64,000 nucleotides of DNA from Thermoanaerobaculia bacterium (GCA_963719225.1 CAVRAY010000001.1:2144001-2208000); one strand, 5' to 3'; numbered from the stretch's first letter, positions 1-10,719 are shown. The notes: a model not told the origin generated them from the sequence alone. A program made the numbers and translations.

Positions 1-1784
1 CAACCATCCTCCAGCTCGGCGAACGAAAGGTTCGCGCGGCCATCGTCATCACGGGAGGATTCGCCGAATCGGGAGCGGATGGAGCCCGCTTGCAGGAAGA
101 GGTCAAGCGAAACGCCGCTCAATGCGGCATCCGGGTGGTCGGGCCGAACTGCCAGGGCGTGAACTATCCGCACAACGGTCTCTGCGCGTCATGGCCCCTG
201 ATCACCCGGAAGGGCGCGATGGCCATTGCCTCGCAGAGCGGAACGGTCGGGGCCGCTCTCATCGACTGGGCCGCCGAGGAGAGACTCGGCTTCTCGGCGT
301 TCGTGAGCATGGGGAACAGGATCGACGTGGACGAGGCCGACCTGATCGAGTTCTTCGCCGCCGATCCGAACACGAAAGTGATCACGCTCTACATCGAAGG
401 TGTGAAGGATGCTCCGCGCTTTCTGTCGGCCGTCCGGGCATGCCCGAAACCCATCGTGATCTTCAAGGCCGGGCGGACGGACCAGGGACGCAAAGCGGCC
501 GAATCGCACACCCGCTCGCTCGCCGGGAAGGACGAGATCTACGACGCCGTCTTCCGGCAATTCGGCATCCACCGCGCGGCCTCTCTCGAGGAGCTCTACG
601 ACTTCTCCAAGGCTCTGGCCTACGTGCCGGCTCCCGCCGGACCGCGGATGCTCATCGTCACGAGCTCGGGAGGGTCCGCGATCATCGCGACGGACGTCGC
701 AGCGGACAATGGTTTTCGAATCAGCCCGCTGCCCGCTTCCCTTGCAGCGCGGCTACGGGAATTTCTCCCGTCTCACTTCATCGTCGGGAACCCGCTCGAT
801 CTCACGGGGGACGGCGACGCTGAGGTCTTCCGACGCGTCATCGCGACGGCACGGGATCACTACGACGTCGTCCTGACGATCTTCGGCGATCCGATTCCCG
901 GCGCATCGAAAGCGCTGGAGCCGGGGAACACGGACCTCGTCGCGTATCTCGGAGGCGCCGACGTCGAAAGGACCGAGCGTCTGCTCTTTCACGAAAAGGG
1001 GATTGCCGTTTTCCCGACGCCGGACCGCGCCGTGAAGGCGTATTCCTGCCATGTCCGCTTTGCCCGCGACCGGTTTCCCCGGATGCCCGAGGCGCCTGCC
1101 GCTTCCGCGGCTCCGACCTCCTCCGCAAAGTCCCTTTCGCCCGGCGACTCGATGTCTTTCCTGGCGCACGAGGGAATCAACGTCGCGCCTTCGGCGCAGG
1201 CGGGGACGGAGGACGAAGCGGTCGCGGCCGCCCGGAGAATCGGCTATCCCGTGGCAGTGAAAATGAACTCCCCGGACGTGACGCACAAGAGCGACGTGGG
1301 AGGAGTGGTCCTGAACGTGAAGGAGGAGACGGGAGTTCGCGCGGCCTTCCACGACCTCGAGCGCATCGTGCGCCAGCTGGGGGCGCGATCTGGCGGAGTC
1401 CTCGTCAGCGCGATGGCCGCGCGGGGGCTCGAGATCATCGTGGGCGTGACCCGCGATCTCCAGTTCGGCCACGCCGTGATGTTCGGCATGGGGGGAACCC
1501 TCGTCGAGGTCTTCAAGGACGTGTCGTTCCGTATCGTTCCCTTCGGTGAGGAGGACGCGGCCGAGATGATCGGGGAAACCAAGGGAGCGAAGCTGTTGGA
1601 GGGCGTGCGCGGCGGAAGGCCCGCCGACGTGGCGGCGCTCCGCCAGCTTCTCGTTCAGGTCTCCGGCCTCGTGACGCGGCACCCCGAGATCGACGAGATG
1701 GACCTGAATCCGGTCATCGTCCACGAGAAAGGCCTGACGGTCGTGGACAGCAGGGTCGTTCTGTCCGCGGAAAGAACGGGATGA
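1..1784 (+). CDS. Acetate--CoA ligase (ADP-forming) family protein, 5' end cut by window
   Basis: GPNCQG, SQSG, SMGN, ESHT, NPLDLTGD motifs; C-terminal ATP-grasp (HKSDVGGV...DLNP). The frame is open to the window edge. Confidence 0.9.
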   Translation, partial: TILQLGERKVRAAIVITGGFAESGADGARLQEEVKRNAAQCGIRVVGPNCQGVNYPHNGLCASWPLITRKGAMAIASQSGTVGAALIDWAAEERLGFSAFVSMGNRIDVDEADLIEFFAADPNTKVITLYIEGVKDAPRFLSAVRACPKPIVIFKAGRTDQGRKAAESHTRSLAGKDEIYDAVFRQFGIHRAASLEELYDFSKALAYVPAPAGPRMLIVTSSGGSAIIATDVAADNGFRISPLPASLAARLREFLPSHFIVGNPLDLTGDGDAEVFRRVIATARDHYDVVLTIFGDPIPGASKALEPGNTDLVAYLGGADVERTERLLFHEKGIAVFPTPDRAVKAYSCHVRFARDRFPRMPEAPAASAAPTSSAKSLSPGDSMSFLAHEGINVAPSAQAGTEDEAVAAARRIGYPVAVKMNSPDVTHKSDVGGVVLNVKEETGVRAAFHDLERIVRQLGARSGGVLVSAMAARGLEIIVGVTRDLQFGHAVMFGMGGTLVEVFKDVSFRIVPFGEEDAAEMIGETKGAKLLEGVRGGRPADVAALRQLLVQVSGLVTRHPEIDEMDLNPVIVHEKGLTVVDSRVVLSAERTG

Positions 1785-1871
1785 AGAGGAGATTCTCTTA
1801 GAAGGTGAGGGGACTGTCGGACGCCCGACAAACGCCCCAGCGGGTCATGGGCCCCAGCGACACTCACCCTT

Positions 1872-2666
1872 CTAAGAAGGCGGCGCGTAGCGCCGCTGAC
1901 CGAACGCCTTTTTGATGAACCGCGTCGAAGCCCCGAGAACCTCCTCCGGCCGCTCCGAATGCGGGGAGTGGCCGCAACCCGGAAGGATCAGGGACTCCGC
2001 CGGCCCGCCGACCTGCGTCACGATCGCGTCCACCTGCTTTTGAGTGCCGTACTGGTCGTCCTCGCCCTGGACGACGAGCACGGGGCACTCGATCGCCGGC
2101 AAATACTCCTCGAGGTTCCACTGCCGGAACCCGGGGCTGAGCCAGACGTCGGACCACCCTCTGAACATCGAATCGGCGTTGTCGCCGTGGTGCCGGGCGA
2201 GGCGCTCTTTCAGGCGCGTCGTCTCGTAATCCGCCGTGATTCGCGTGATCCCTTCGACGCTGACAGGTTCCACGAAGACGTGCGGCGCCTCGACGACCAG
2301 CGCGCGGACCGAACGTGGATGCGCGCCCGCATGGATGAGCGCGATCGAAGCGCCGTCGCTGTGGCCGAAAAGGACGGCGTGATCGAGCTCGAAGTGATCG
2401 AGAACGGCGGGCAGCATCTCGAGGGCCTCGTCGTGCATGTAATGCACCGGTCGCGGCCCGCGCAAGGGGTCGGATCCGCCATATCCCGTCCTGCTGTACA
2501 CGAGAGCGCCGCAGCCGGTCGCGGCGGCCAGTCGATCGGGGAAGTCGCGCCACATCGCGACACATCCGAGCCCCTCGTGCAGAAAGACGATCGACGGCGC
2601 TTCGCTCGGTCGCGGCCCGACCCAGCGGTATTCCAGGTGCCGCCCGAGTATTTCGAACGTCGTCAA
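1872..2666 (-). CDS. Alpha/beta hydrolase
   Basis: FLHEGLG, GHSDG nucleophile elbow, QGEDDQYG, GHSPH; start inferred at TTG 2666 just after the upstream thioesterase. Confidence 0.85.
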   Translation of the reverse strand: MTTFEILGRHLEYRWVGPRPSEAPSIVFLHEGLGCVAMWRDFPDRLAAATGCGALVYSRTGYGGSDPLRGPRPVHYMHDEALEMLPAVLDHFELDHAVLFGHSDGASIALIHAGAHPRSVRALVVEAPHVFVEPVSVEGITRITADYETTRLKERLARHHGDNADSMFRGWSDVWLSPGFRQWNLEEYLPAIECPVLVVQGEDDQYGTQKQVDAIVTQVGGPAESLILPGCGHSPHSERPEEVLGASTRFIKKAFGQRRYAPPS

Positions 2667-2673
2667 CGGGCCG

Positions 2674-3084
2674 TCAGGCCTTCGGTCCGCGGCGCGCCGC
2701 GCCCGCGACGAGCCTCTCGGTCGTGACGACGGCCCGCTTGTGCGTGCAGCGGCCGATCTCCCCCGCGTCATCCGTGGCGAGGATCTCGAACACGAAGAGC
2801 TTTCCCTCGCGTCCGAGGAACTTCGCGGTGGCCGAGACAGTGGCGCCCACGGGGGTGGCCGCGGTGTGGACGACGTCGAGGGTGACGCCGACCGAGAGCT
2901 CGCCCGGACGAAGGTGCGGCCGGAGAAGGCGCGCCGCCGCGAGCTCCATGAGAGCCACCATGCGGGACGTCGCGAAGACGGCCGGAAACGCGTCCTCGGG
3001 CTCGAGGTTGAGGGCGCTGGCGAGGTCGGAAGGCGCAACGACGAAGTGCGCCGAGGCGGTCGAGTCGGCTTCGGGTTCGCTCAT
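2674..3084 (-). CDS. Hotdog-fold thioesterase (fluoroacetyl-CoA thioesterase FlK-like)
   Basis: VFATSRMVALMELAA, SVG...HTAATPVG, H-x-R motif near the C-terminus. Confidence 0.85.
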   Translation of the reverse strand: MSEPEADSTASAHFVVAPSDLASALNLEPEDAFPAVFATSRMVALMELAAARLLRPHLRPGELSVGVTLDVVHTAATPVGATVSATAKFLGREGKLFVFEILATDDAGEIGRCTHKRAVVTTERLVAGAARRGPKA

Positions 3085-3275
3085 GACGTGGCGGACTATA
3101 TGCCGCTTCGGCAGGCCTGAGTCAGAGCAACTGCCTGACGCGCGGACCCATCAGGCCCTCGGCACGGGCGGGAACCGCCGTCAGCGACCCGCCTTCGAGG
3201 CAAGACCATCGGGTTCACGGCGCGGCATGTTAGATCAGTTCCCCGACGCGTCCCGCGCGCGCCCGGGCGCTCTTC

Positions 3276-4943
3276 CTATTTCGCGGGCACCGGCTCCTTG
3301 TCGCGAAGGACCCGTCGGAGGAGCTTCCCCTGCAGCGTGCGCGGCAGCTCGGTGACGAACTCCACGATCCGCGGCAGCTTGTAGATCGCGACGTGATCCC
3401 GGCAGCTGTCGATGAGCTGCTGCTTCAGCTCCTCGCTCGGCGTGAAGCCGGGTTTCAGGATGACGGCCGCCTTGACGTTCTGCCCCCGGACGGGATCGGG
3501 AATGCCGATCACGCCGGCGTCGGCCACGGCCGGGTGCTTGAGCAGCGCGTCCTCGATCTCCTCGGGGCCGATCCGATAGCCGGAGCTCTTGATCAGGTCC
3601 TCCTGCCGCGAGACGAAGCTGAGATATCCCTCCTCGTCCATCGTGCAGAAGTCGCCGACCAGGACCCAGCCTTCGCGAATGAGCGATTTCTGTTTTTCGA
3701 GAAGGTTCCCTCCCTCCTCGAGCGGGCGCCAGTAGAGCGTTCCCGTGGGGCCGCGGGCATAGAGCCTTCCGAGCTCTCCGGTTTTCGCGACCTTGCCGTC
3801 TTCCGTGATGACCTGGATCTCGTACCCGGGCACCGCCGTGCCGATCGCCCCGGGCTTCACCTTTCGCGTGACGACGCTCGAGACGAAGACGTACATCATC
3901 TCCGTCGTCCCGAGCCCCTCGTAGATCTCCTGGCCGAAACGGGCTTTCCAGTCCAGATACGTCTTCGCGGTCAGAGACTCGCCGCCGCCCGTCAGGACGC
4001 GGAGGCTGGACAGGTCGAACTTCTTGTCGGTGCCCGCGAATTCGAGCATCTTGCGGTAGGCCGTGGGGAGCGCGCTCAGGATCGTCACCTTGTGGCTCTG
4101 GATCTGCTCGAAGAGCCCCTCGGGAGTGAACTTTGCGATCAGGGACGCGGCGGCGCCGAACCGGAACGGAATCGTCGCCACCGTCGAATAACCGCCTGCG
4201 AGCGAGATGGGCGCCGGGCCGCAGAGGACGTCCTCGGGCTGTACGTTCCATCCGTACTTTCCCATCGTGTCCGGAACGATCAGCGCCTCTTCCATGTAGT
4301 GAGCGGTTCCCTTGGGCATGCCCGTCGTCCCCGACGTGTAGAGAAGGACGGAGACCGCCGTGCGCGGACGGCGAACGGGATCGAAAGCCGGAGGCTCGTT
4401 CGCGACCAGCTCTTCGTAGCAGAGAAGCCCCTGCTCCTTCAGCTCCTCCGGCTTTCCACCGAAAACGACGACGTGCTTGGCCGTCTTGAGGTTCGGCCGG
4501 GCCTTGACGACCCCCTCCGCGAACGCCGCCGCGACGACGATCACCTTCGCCTCGGCGTTGTTGGCGATGTGGGCGATCTCGTTGGGCGAGAGCATGTGCG
4601 AGGTCGGGACCATGACGGCTCCGAGCCTCAGAACTCCGAAGTTCGTGAACAGCGCGGGCGGAACGTTCGGCGACCGGAGCATGACCCGGTCCGTCTCCTC
4701 CACCCCCAGCTTCCTCAGGGCATTGCCGATCTTGCAGGCCGCCCCCAGGAGCTGTTTGTACGTGATGACCTTGTCACCGAACAGGATTGCGGGCCTGTCG
4801 CCCCGTCCCGCGGCGATCTGCTTGTCGAGCAGCTCTTCGGTGCTGTTCAGCGGATCGGGATAGCTCGCGAACTCCTTGAGCTTGTAGATCCGCTGGGGCT
4901 GGAATTCCTTCGGGGGCAGGTAGTCCGCGGGAATCGTGCTCAA
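3276..4943 (-). CDS. AMP-forming acyl/aryl-CoA ligase (benzoate/2-aminobenzoate-CoA ligase-like)
   Basis: YTSGTTGMPKG, EGLGTTE, GD...SRQEDLIKSSGYRIGPEEIE, LPRTLQGK; start inferred at TTG 4943. Confidence 0.85.
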   Translation of the reverse strand: MSTIPADYLPPKEFQPQRIYKLKEFASYPDPLNSTEELLDKQIAAGRGDRPAILFGDKVITYKQLLGAACKIGNALRKLGVEETDRVMLRSPNVPPALFTNFGVLRLGAVMVPTSHMLSPNEIAHIANNAEAKVIVVAAAFAEGVVKARPNLKTAKHVVVFGGKPEELKEQGLLCYEELVANEPPAFDPVRRPRTAVSVLLYTSGTTGMPKGTAHYMEEALIVPDTMGKYGWNVQPEDVLCGPAPISLAGGYSTVATIPFRFGAAASLIAKFTPEGLFEQIQSHKVTILSALPTAYRKMLEFAGTDKKFDLSSLRVLTGGGESLTAKTYLDWKARFGQEIYEGLGTTEMMYVFVSSVVTRKVKPGAIGTAVPGYEIQVITEDGKVAKTGELGRLYARGPTGTLYWRPLEEGGNLLEKQKSLIREGWVLVGDFCTMDEEGYLSFVSRQEDLIKSSGYRIGPEEIEDALLKHPAVADAGVIGIPDPVRGQNVKAAVILKPGFTPSEELKQQLIDSCRDHVAIYKLPRIVEFVTELPRTLQGKLLRRVLRDKEPVPAK

Positions 4944-4947
4944 CGGG

Positions 4948-5325
4948 TCACCCTTCGTTCCTGGCCAGGTCGGCCAGGGCTTTTTCACATCCGACGAGGC
5001 CGCCCCGCGCCTGATCCTGCCTCGGGTAGGCATCGGTGGGGTAACGGTCCTTGGGGTCGCCGAAGACGAGAACGGCCGGCGTCACGCGGCCGAAGTCGGG
5101 CTCGAGCGCCCCCTTCATGCCGAAGACCGCCCGGACCGTGGCGGGTGGACCCGTCAGTGCCGAGTGGTAAAAGCGAAACACGTCCGGCACTCCTGAGACG
5201 TCGATCGCCTCGGCGTCGACACCCTTGGCCTTCAGCTCCTTGACTTTTTCCAAGGCGGCCGCCACGTTGCACGGGTACTGCTCGCCTGGCTTGTCCTTGG
5301 TGGAATAGTAGAACTTGACTTTCAT
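4948..5325 (-). CDS. Hypothetical protein (125 aa), possibly thioredoxin-like fold
   Basis: ATG with AGGAG RBS, tightly packed in the operon, GC3-biased codons. Confidence 0.65.
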   Translation of the reverse strand: MKVKFYYSTKDKPGEQYPCNVAAALEKVKELKAKGVDAEAIDVSGVPDVFRFYHSALTGPPATVRAVFGMKGALEPDFGRVTPAVLVFGDPKDRYPTDAYPRQDQARGGLVGCEKALADLARNEG

Positions 5326-5336
5326 TGTGTCTCCTC

Positions 5337-5669
5337 TCAGACATCCATGGGGCAGTTCACCTGCCATTCCGTCTCGAAGTACGCGTCCCCAAGCCACTCG
5401 TGGATGTGGACGCGATGCTCCTCCAGAATCGTAAAATCCTCACCTAACTCGAGGCACACGATGGAACGAGCCTCGGCGTCGAAGTAGCGAAGGGCATACC
5501 GGCCGGCTTCGACCCGAGGGGCATCGATGAGACGAAGCCCCTCGAAGCCGAAACCGATCTTGTGCATCACCACTTCGAGCTCGTAAGTGACGTCTCCGAC
5601 GACGAGACACGAGGCGCCGGACCCGAGCTGTCCGTACCGCTTCTCGAACTCCTCCCGGAGGCTCGCCAC
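5337..5669 (-). CDS. Hypothetical protein (~110 aa)
   Basis: Fills the operon gap; GTG start inferred; ends CPMDV. Confidence 0.6.
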   Translation of the reverse strand: MASLREEFEKRYGQLGSGASCLVVGDVTYELEVVMHKIGFGFEGLRLIDAPRVEAGRYALRYFDAEARSIVCLELGEDFTILEEHRVHIHEWLGDAYFETEWQVNCPMDV

Positions 5670-5686
5670 GAAATTTTCCTGCTGTC

Positions 5687-5881
5687 TTACGCTTTCTTCT
5701 TGATCGGGGGCTTCGGACACTCGCCCTCCAGGCCGCCGATCGGAACCATCACGGTGAAGGGCCACTCGCGGGCCTTGCAGTACCCGAGGTATGCCCGCAG
5801 GATGTTCGGATCCAGCGCCGCCTCGAAATACTCGCAGCACTTGTAGGTCGACCCTTCTTTCTTCTTTTCGGTCTCTGCCAC
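5687..5881 (-). CDS. Small Cys-containing protein (64 aa)
   Basis: GGAGAA RBS; KCCEYFE...GYC...EC. Confidence 0.6.
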   Translation of the reverse strand: MAETEKKKEGSTYKCCEYFEAALDPNILRAYLGYCKAREWPFTVMVPIGGLEGECPKPPIKKKA

Positions 5882-5897
5882 GGCTGTTTCTCCTTCC

Positions 5898-6296
5898 TCA
5901 GGCCTTGTGCTGGTCCACGATGAACCGAGGGCGGCTTCCGATCAGATCTTCTTTCTTGAGCGGACTGCCGCTGACCGGCTTTCCCCTGAGGCTCTGCTTG
6001 ATGTGTTTCTGCTTTCCGCTGAAGGGATCGGGCCGCGCCTGCGGTGCCGGCCGGATCTTGTCACTGGTGATGGGGGTACCGGCCTTGTCCTCGGCGTAAC
6101 CCGGCAGCAGATCGGCCTTCCCGGAGCCTGCCGTCGGTCCGCTCGTGAGCTGGCCCTTGGCGAACGTCACGGCATAGATCGTGTCGCAAGTCGCGCATTT
6201 CGTATTGCCGCTGAAGTTCCAGAACGGGTACGGGTCCAGGAAATTCTTGGTGGAGCACTTGGCGCACGTGAGCACCAGGCCCTGATTGATGGCCAT
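5898..6296 (-). CDS. Zinc-ribbon-like protein (132 aa)
   Basis: CAKC...CATC pair; starts immediately after the CoA-transferase stop. Confidence 0.7.
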   Translation of the reverse strand: MAINQGLVLTCAKCSTKNFLDPYPFWNFSGNTKCATCDTIYAVTFAKGQLTSGPTAGSGKADLLPGYAEDKAGTPITSDKIRPAPQARPDPFSGKQKHIKQSLRGKPVSGSPLKKEDLIGSRPRFIVDQHKA

Positions 6297-6297
6297 C

Positions 6298-7641
6298 TCA
6301 GATCACCTCCATCTCTTCCATCTTCGCGAGCTTCGCCTTCGACCACCCGAGAAGCCGGCCGTAAACCCTCTCGTTATCGGCGCCCACGGGCTTCAGCGCC
6401 CACTTGAGGCGGGGAGGCGTCTCGGACATCTTGAAGGCAGGCCCCTGATGGTGGAGGTCGCCGTAAATCGGGTCGTCGTACCACTGGACCGCGCCGCGCA
6501 TCTTCCAGTGGTCATTCTCCGACACTTCCTTGGCGTTCCAGACCGGCTGGTTGTTGATTCCCGCCTTGTCGAGGAGCTTGGCAACGTCTTCCTTGGTCTT
6601 GTCCTTCGCCCAGGCCTCGATGGCCTCGTAGACGGTGCCCTGGTTCTCGGCCTTGACGCGGTCGTCGTGCTTCGCGAACTTCGTGGCGAGGTCCTTCGCC
6701 CCGATCACGTCGCAGAGCTTCTTGAAGTCCTCGTCCGTGTGGGCCGTGACGAGGCAATAACCCACCTCGGCCTCTTGAGGATTCTTGGAGTCCGGATAGG
6801 ACGACTTGCCGCACTGGATGATCCCGTGCGCGCAGAGCTCCGTGTCCCAGTTGCCCCAGCGCTCGCGGCGAACGCCGTAGCGGCCGTAGAGAGGCAGCGA
6901 ATACTCGAGAAGCCTCTGGACGCCGTGCACCTGGGAGTACTCGATGAACGTGCCCTTGCCCGAGACCGTGTCCCGATAGTAAAGCGCCGCGAGGATCGTG
7001 ACGGCGGCCATCATGCCGCCCCAGTAGTCCGCGAGCCAGATCGTGTGCTTCGCAGGCGTTCCACCCCGGTCGGCGGCTTCACCCGTGATCCCGAACGCTC
7101 CGCCCATGGCCTGACCCAGGATGTCGTAGGACGCCCGGACGCGCCCCGGGCCCCACCCGCCGAAACCGCCGAGCCACTGGTAGATGAGGCGCGGGTTGAC
7201 CTTGGAGAGATGCTGGTAGCCCATCCCCCACCGGTCGAAAGTTCCGGGCCGGAAGTTCTGGACGAAGACGTCCGCCTTGGACGCCAGCTCCAGCATCGCG
7301 GCCTTCGCCTCCGGGCGGTGGAAGTCGAGCGTGATGAACTCCTCGTTCGTGTTCGCCCCGAAGAAACCGAGGCCCGTCCCTGCTTCCGGCACCCAGCGGG
7401 AGAGCGGGAAGAGGAGCGGCTCGTTGAACGGGGTCGTGTGGCGCATCGGCTCGCCGCGCCGAGGCGTCTCGATCTTGATGACCTCGGCTCCCAGCTCGGC
7501 CAGGTAGGCCGCGCAGGAGGGACCGAGGATGTATTGAGTGCAGGAGAGGACGCGAGTGCCCTTCAGGACTTCCGGCTTGCCGGACGCCGTCTTGTGGTCG
7601 AAGAGCTGCTGACAATAGGTTTCGAAGTCGGGTGTTGCCAT
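6298..7641 (-). CDS. Family III (CaiB/BaiF) CoA-transferase, paralog 2
   Basis: LAELGAEVIKIE, DVFVQNFRPG, YDILGQAMGG, catalytic Asp in WLADYWGG. Confidence 0.9.
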   Translation of the reverse strand: MATPDFETYCQQLFDHKTASGKPEVLKGTRVLSCTQYILGPSCAAYLAELGAEVIKIETPRRGEPMRHTTPFNEPLLFPLSRWVPEAGTGLGFFGANTNEEFITLDFHRPEAKAAMLELASKADVFVQNFRPGTFDRWGMGYQHLSKVNPRLIYQWLGGFGGWGPGRVRASYDILGQAMGGAFGITGEAADRGGTPAKHTIWLADYWGGMMAAVTILAALYYRDTVSGKGTFIEYSQVHGVQRLLEYSLPLYGRYGVRRERWGNWDTELCAHGIIQCGKSSYPDSKNPQEAEVGYCLVTAHTDEDFKKLCDVIGAKDLATKFAKHDDRVKAENQGTVYEAIEAWAKDKTKEDVAKLLDKAGINNQPVWNAKEVSENDHWKMRGAVQWYDDPIYGDLHHQGPAFKMSETPPRLKWALKPVGADNERVYGRLLGWSKAKLAKMEEMEVI

Positions 7642-7661
7642 CGTCTGTGCCTCCTAATTCC

Positions 7662-9077
7662 CTAGACCACGCCGCGCTTCTTGAGCTGCGCGAGATCCGA
7701 TGGCCCGATTCCAAGTAGACGCAGGAAGATCTCCCCGTTGTCGTAGCCGAGCGGCCGGCCGATCCACTTCAGCCGCCCCGGACACTCGCTGGCGAGCGCC
7801 GGGCTCGTGCCGTAGAGGACCTTCCCGTAGAGTCGGTCCTCGATCTCGTCGACGTGCCCGCGGTACTTGAAATGCGGGTCCTCGGCGACTTCGTCGATGT
7901 AATTGACGCCGCCGGACGCGACCTGCTGGGCCAGCAGGTGGTGCATGGCGTCAGCCCGCGAGTGGTCCTTCTGCCAGTCGGCGAGGACGGTGTAGGTCTT
8001 CACCTGGCGAAGATGCGGGAGCCTCGCCGTGACGGCGCGCAGGGACTTGTCGTCGAGAATCTCGTCCTCGAGGTCGGGTCGTGTCTGGCCCACCGTCCGC
8101 CAGATCCGGTACCAGAGGCGATCGTGTCCACCGCCCACCATGAAATAGCCGTCCTTGCAGGGATTGACGGCATAGATGTTGATCGCGAGGTCCCAGTTCC
8201 CGTAGCGCGGGCGGATGCTGCCGTCGAACCCGTACCAGCCCCAGTTGTAGTCGAGGATGCGGATGATCCCTTCGGCTGCCGTCGCCTCGATGAACTGACC
8301 CTTGCCCGAAACCTTGTCGCGGTAGAGGAGCGCGGCCAGGATTCCGATCGCCGCGGCGGTCCCGCCGACCTGGTCCGCCACCCAGAGCGCCGAGCGGGTC
8401 GGCCGTCCGCCGAATTCCTTCGGGAGGCCCGTGCCGTGGACGAACCCGCAAGCCGCCTGTGCCGTCGGGTCGAGGTTGCCCGGCTTGTCCTTGGACGGAC
8501 CCCACTGCCCCTTCTGCCCGACCCAGCAGTAGACGAGACGCGGGTTGATCTCCTTCAGCTGCCGGTAGCCGATGCCCCACGCGTCGAACTGCCCCGGCGG
8601 GTAATTCTCGATGAGAACGTCGCAGTGAACCGCCAGCTTCTTGAGGAGCTCGCGGCCCTCTTCCTTTTCGAGATTGAGGGTGATGGACTGCTTGTTCCTC
8701 ATCTCGTGGAGGAAGTGGAGGCCGATCGGCTCGCCGGTCTCGGCGTCCTTGAACATGTACTCCTTGCGGCCGAACGGTGTCTGCCACCTGAGCGGGTCGC
8801 CATCGGGCGGCTCGCACTTGATGGTGTCGGCGCCGAGCTCAGAGAGCATCGAGGAGGCCCAGTTGCCGATGATCATTCCCTTGCTCAGGTCGAGAACCCG
8901 AACCGTCGTCAGGTTCTCGGGCTTCTTGAAGTTCTCGGACTGCCTGAGATCTTTTTCGAGGGATAGGGGATATTCCTTGGCCTGGTCCGTCATCCCGGCG
9001 TAGACCTCGTCGGGTGTCGGGATCGGAACCGCCGGCCACGGCAGGACTTTGTGCTTTGGATACGTGGAATCAGCCAT
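7662..9077 (-). CDS. Family III (CaiB/BaiF) CoA-transferase, paralog 1
   Basis: LSELGADTIKCEPP, RNKQSITLNL, DVLIENY, WVADQVGG. Confidence 0.9.
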   Translation of the reverse strand: MADSTYPKHKVLPWPAVPIPTPDEVYAGMTDQAKEYPLSLEKDLRQSENFKKPENLTTVRVLDLSKGMIIGNWASSMLSELGADTIKCEPPDGDPLRWQTPFGRKEYMFKDAETGEPIGLHFLHEMRNKQSITLNLEKEEGRELLKKLAVHCDVLIENYPPGQFDAWGIGYRQLKEINPRLVYCWVGQKGQWGPSKDKPGNLDPTAQAACGFVHGTGLPKEFGGRPTRSALWVADQVGGTAAAIGILAALLYRDKVSGKGQFIEATAAEGIIRILDYNWGWYGFDGSIRPRYGNWDLAINIYAVNPCKDGYFMVGGGHDRLWYRIWRTVGQTRPDLEDEILDDKSLRAVTARLPHLRQVKTYTVLADWQKDHSRADAMHHLLAQQVASGGVNYIDEVAEDPHFKYRGHVDEIEDRLYGKVLYGTSPALASECPGRLKWIGRPLGYDNGEIFLRLLGIGPSDLAQLKKRGVV

Positions 9078-9129
9078 TCTCTTCTCCTGTGGTTTATCGA
9101 AAAGCGTTCCGTGTCACGATCTGTGCCCG

Positions 9130-10392
9130 CTACGCGCGCGCCGACGCCGGCGGCGACGGCCGCCGCGCCAGGAACTCGGCGATAAGCGCGACCACCGCCA
9201 GCACAGCGGCCGTGTAGAAAGCTGCCTGGTAGTTCTTGTACTTGTCGAAGAGCACGCCGCCGATCCTCGGTCCGATGAAGCCCGCGACGCCCCAGGCGGT
9301 GAACAGAATGCCGTAGTTGATGCCGACGTTCTTCGTCCCCCAGAAGTCGGCGGTCGTGGAGGCGTTCACAGAAAGCTGCGTGCCGTAGCACCAGTAGACG
9401 ATGAACACCATGATGTAGAGCATCGCGACGTTGCTGCCGGTGAGGTAGAGAATGGGCATGGAAATGGCCGAAATGGCGATCATCAGGCGCAAGACGTTGA
9501 GGCGACCCATGGCGTCGGACATCCAGCCTGACAGGATTCGACCGGAGGCGTTGCCTGCTGCGCCGATGACGAGTCCGATGACGGGGAGAGCCGACCCGGG
9601 AATCCCCTCGCTCTTGGCGAACGGGATCAGCTGGCTGATGACCATGAGGCCGGCGGCGCAGCCCAGGCAGTAGGCGATCCACATGAAATACGCCGCAGGG
9701 GTTTTCCACATCTCGCCGGGGGTGAACTCGTACGTCGTCGCCAGGGACTTCGGTTTCGACGCCGGCACCCAGCCCGGCACCGTGTACCCGGCCGGAGGGT
9801 TCTTCAGCAGGAACGCTCCGACGAGGGTCATCACGAAGAAGATGACGCCGAGGATGGCGAACGTGGCGCGCCACCCGTACGTCGGGATCAGCCAAAGGTT
9901 GGCGAGCGGCCCGAAGATCGCCGAGCCGCCGCCGTAGCCGGCGACGGCAAGGCCGACGGCCAGACCGCGCTTGTCCGGGAACCATTTCGACATGACGGGG
10001 ATCGGCGTCGCGTAGCCGAATCCGTTACCGATGCCGACGAGGATTCCGAAGCAGACGATCAGGTACCCGAGGCTGCTCGTCCACATGCAAAGGATGAAGC
10101 CCGTAGTCAGGAGGATGCAGCCGATGAGCGAGACCATGAAGGGACCCAGCTTGTCCTGGAGGCGTCCGGCGACTATGAAGGCGATGGCAAAAACCACGAC
10201 GGCCCACGTGAACACGGCGGACGTGTCCGCTCGCTTCCAGCCGAACTCCTTTTCCAGAGGCGCCACGAAGACGCTCCAGGCGTAGAGCGAGCCCAGGGCC
10301 AGATTCATCAGGAGCCCGCCCACCACGCGCCACCATCGATTCAACCCGACATCCACGGCAGCGGCCCCCGGGCTTGCAGCAGCACTTGACAT
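9130..10392 (-). CDS. MFS transporter, oxalate:formate antiporter (OFA) family
   Basis: YAWSVF, KWFPDKRGLAVG, GRILSGWMSD, NYGILFTAWG; about 12 hydrophobic segments. Confidence 0.88.
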   Translation of the reverse strand: MSSAAASPGAAAVDVGLNRWWRVVGGLLMNLALGSLYAWSVFVAPLEKEFGWKRADTSAVFTWAVVVFAIAFIVAGRLQDKLGPFMVSLIGCILLTTGFILCMWTSSLGYLIVCFGILVGIGNGFGYATPIPVMSKWFPDKRGLAVGLAVAGYGGGSAIFGPLANLWLIPTYGWRATFAILGVIFFVMTLVGAFLLKNPPAGYTVPGWVPASKPKSLATTYEFTPGEMWKTPAAYFMWIAYCLGCAAGLMVISQLIPFAKSEGIPGSALPVIGLVIGAAGNASGRILSGWMSDAMGRLNVLRLMIAISAISMPILYLTGSNVAMLYIMVFIVYWCYGTQLSVNASTTADFWGTKNVGINYGILFTAWGVAGFIGPRIGGVLFDKYKNYQAAFYTAAVLAVVALIAEFLARRPSPPASARA

Positions 10393-10719
10393 ACTAGAGC
10401 CTCCCTTCCTTTCGGTTCATGGCGTTCCAGAAACTGGGGAACGACGACGATCTTGTCTTAGTCTCCTTTTTCAGTTCGATCCAGCTTTTTGTGTCGCGTT
10501 AACGCAAAAGAATAAGAGCGCGCCCTGCGCGTCGAGACGGCCGGCCCGAACCTCACGACGGCCGGGTCGCCGCTACGCAATCGCGCGGAGCGGACTCCAA
10601 ATCCTGAATTCATGGCAAACAAGACTGGGCGCGAGTCTTTCACTCTGGCGTTTTAAGTCAAGTGCAAAGACCGGCTCGGGGTTAGTGCAGATGCATCACC
10701 TCGGTACGGAAGATTCCTG

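Noticed and set aside
5687-5881. Benzylsuccinate synthase beta/gamma-like Fe-S subunit
   Set aside because: Cys spacing is only loosely similar (CC rather than CxxC) and there is no glycyl-radical enzyme nearby.
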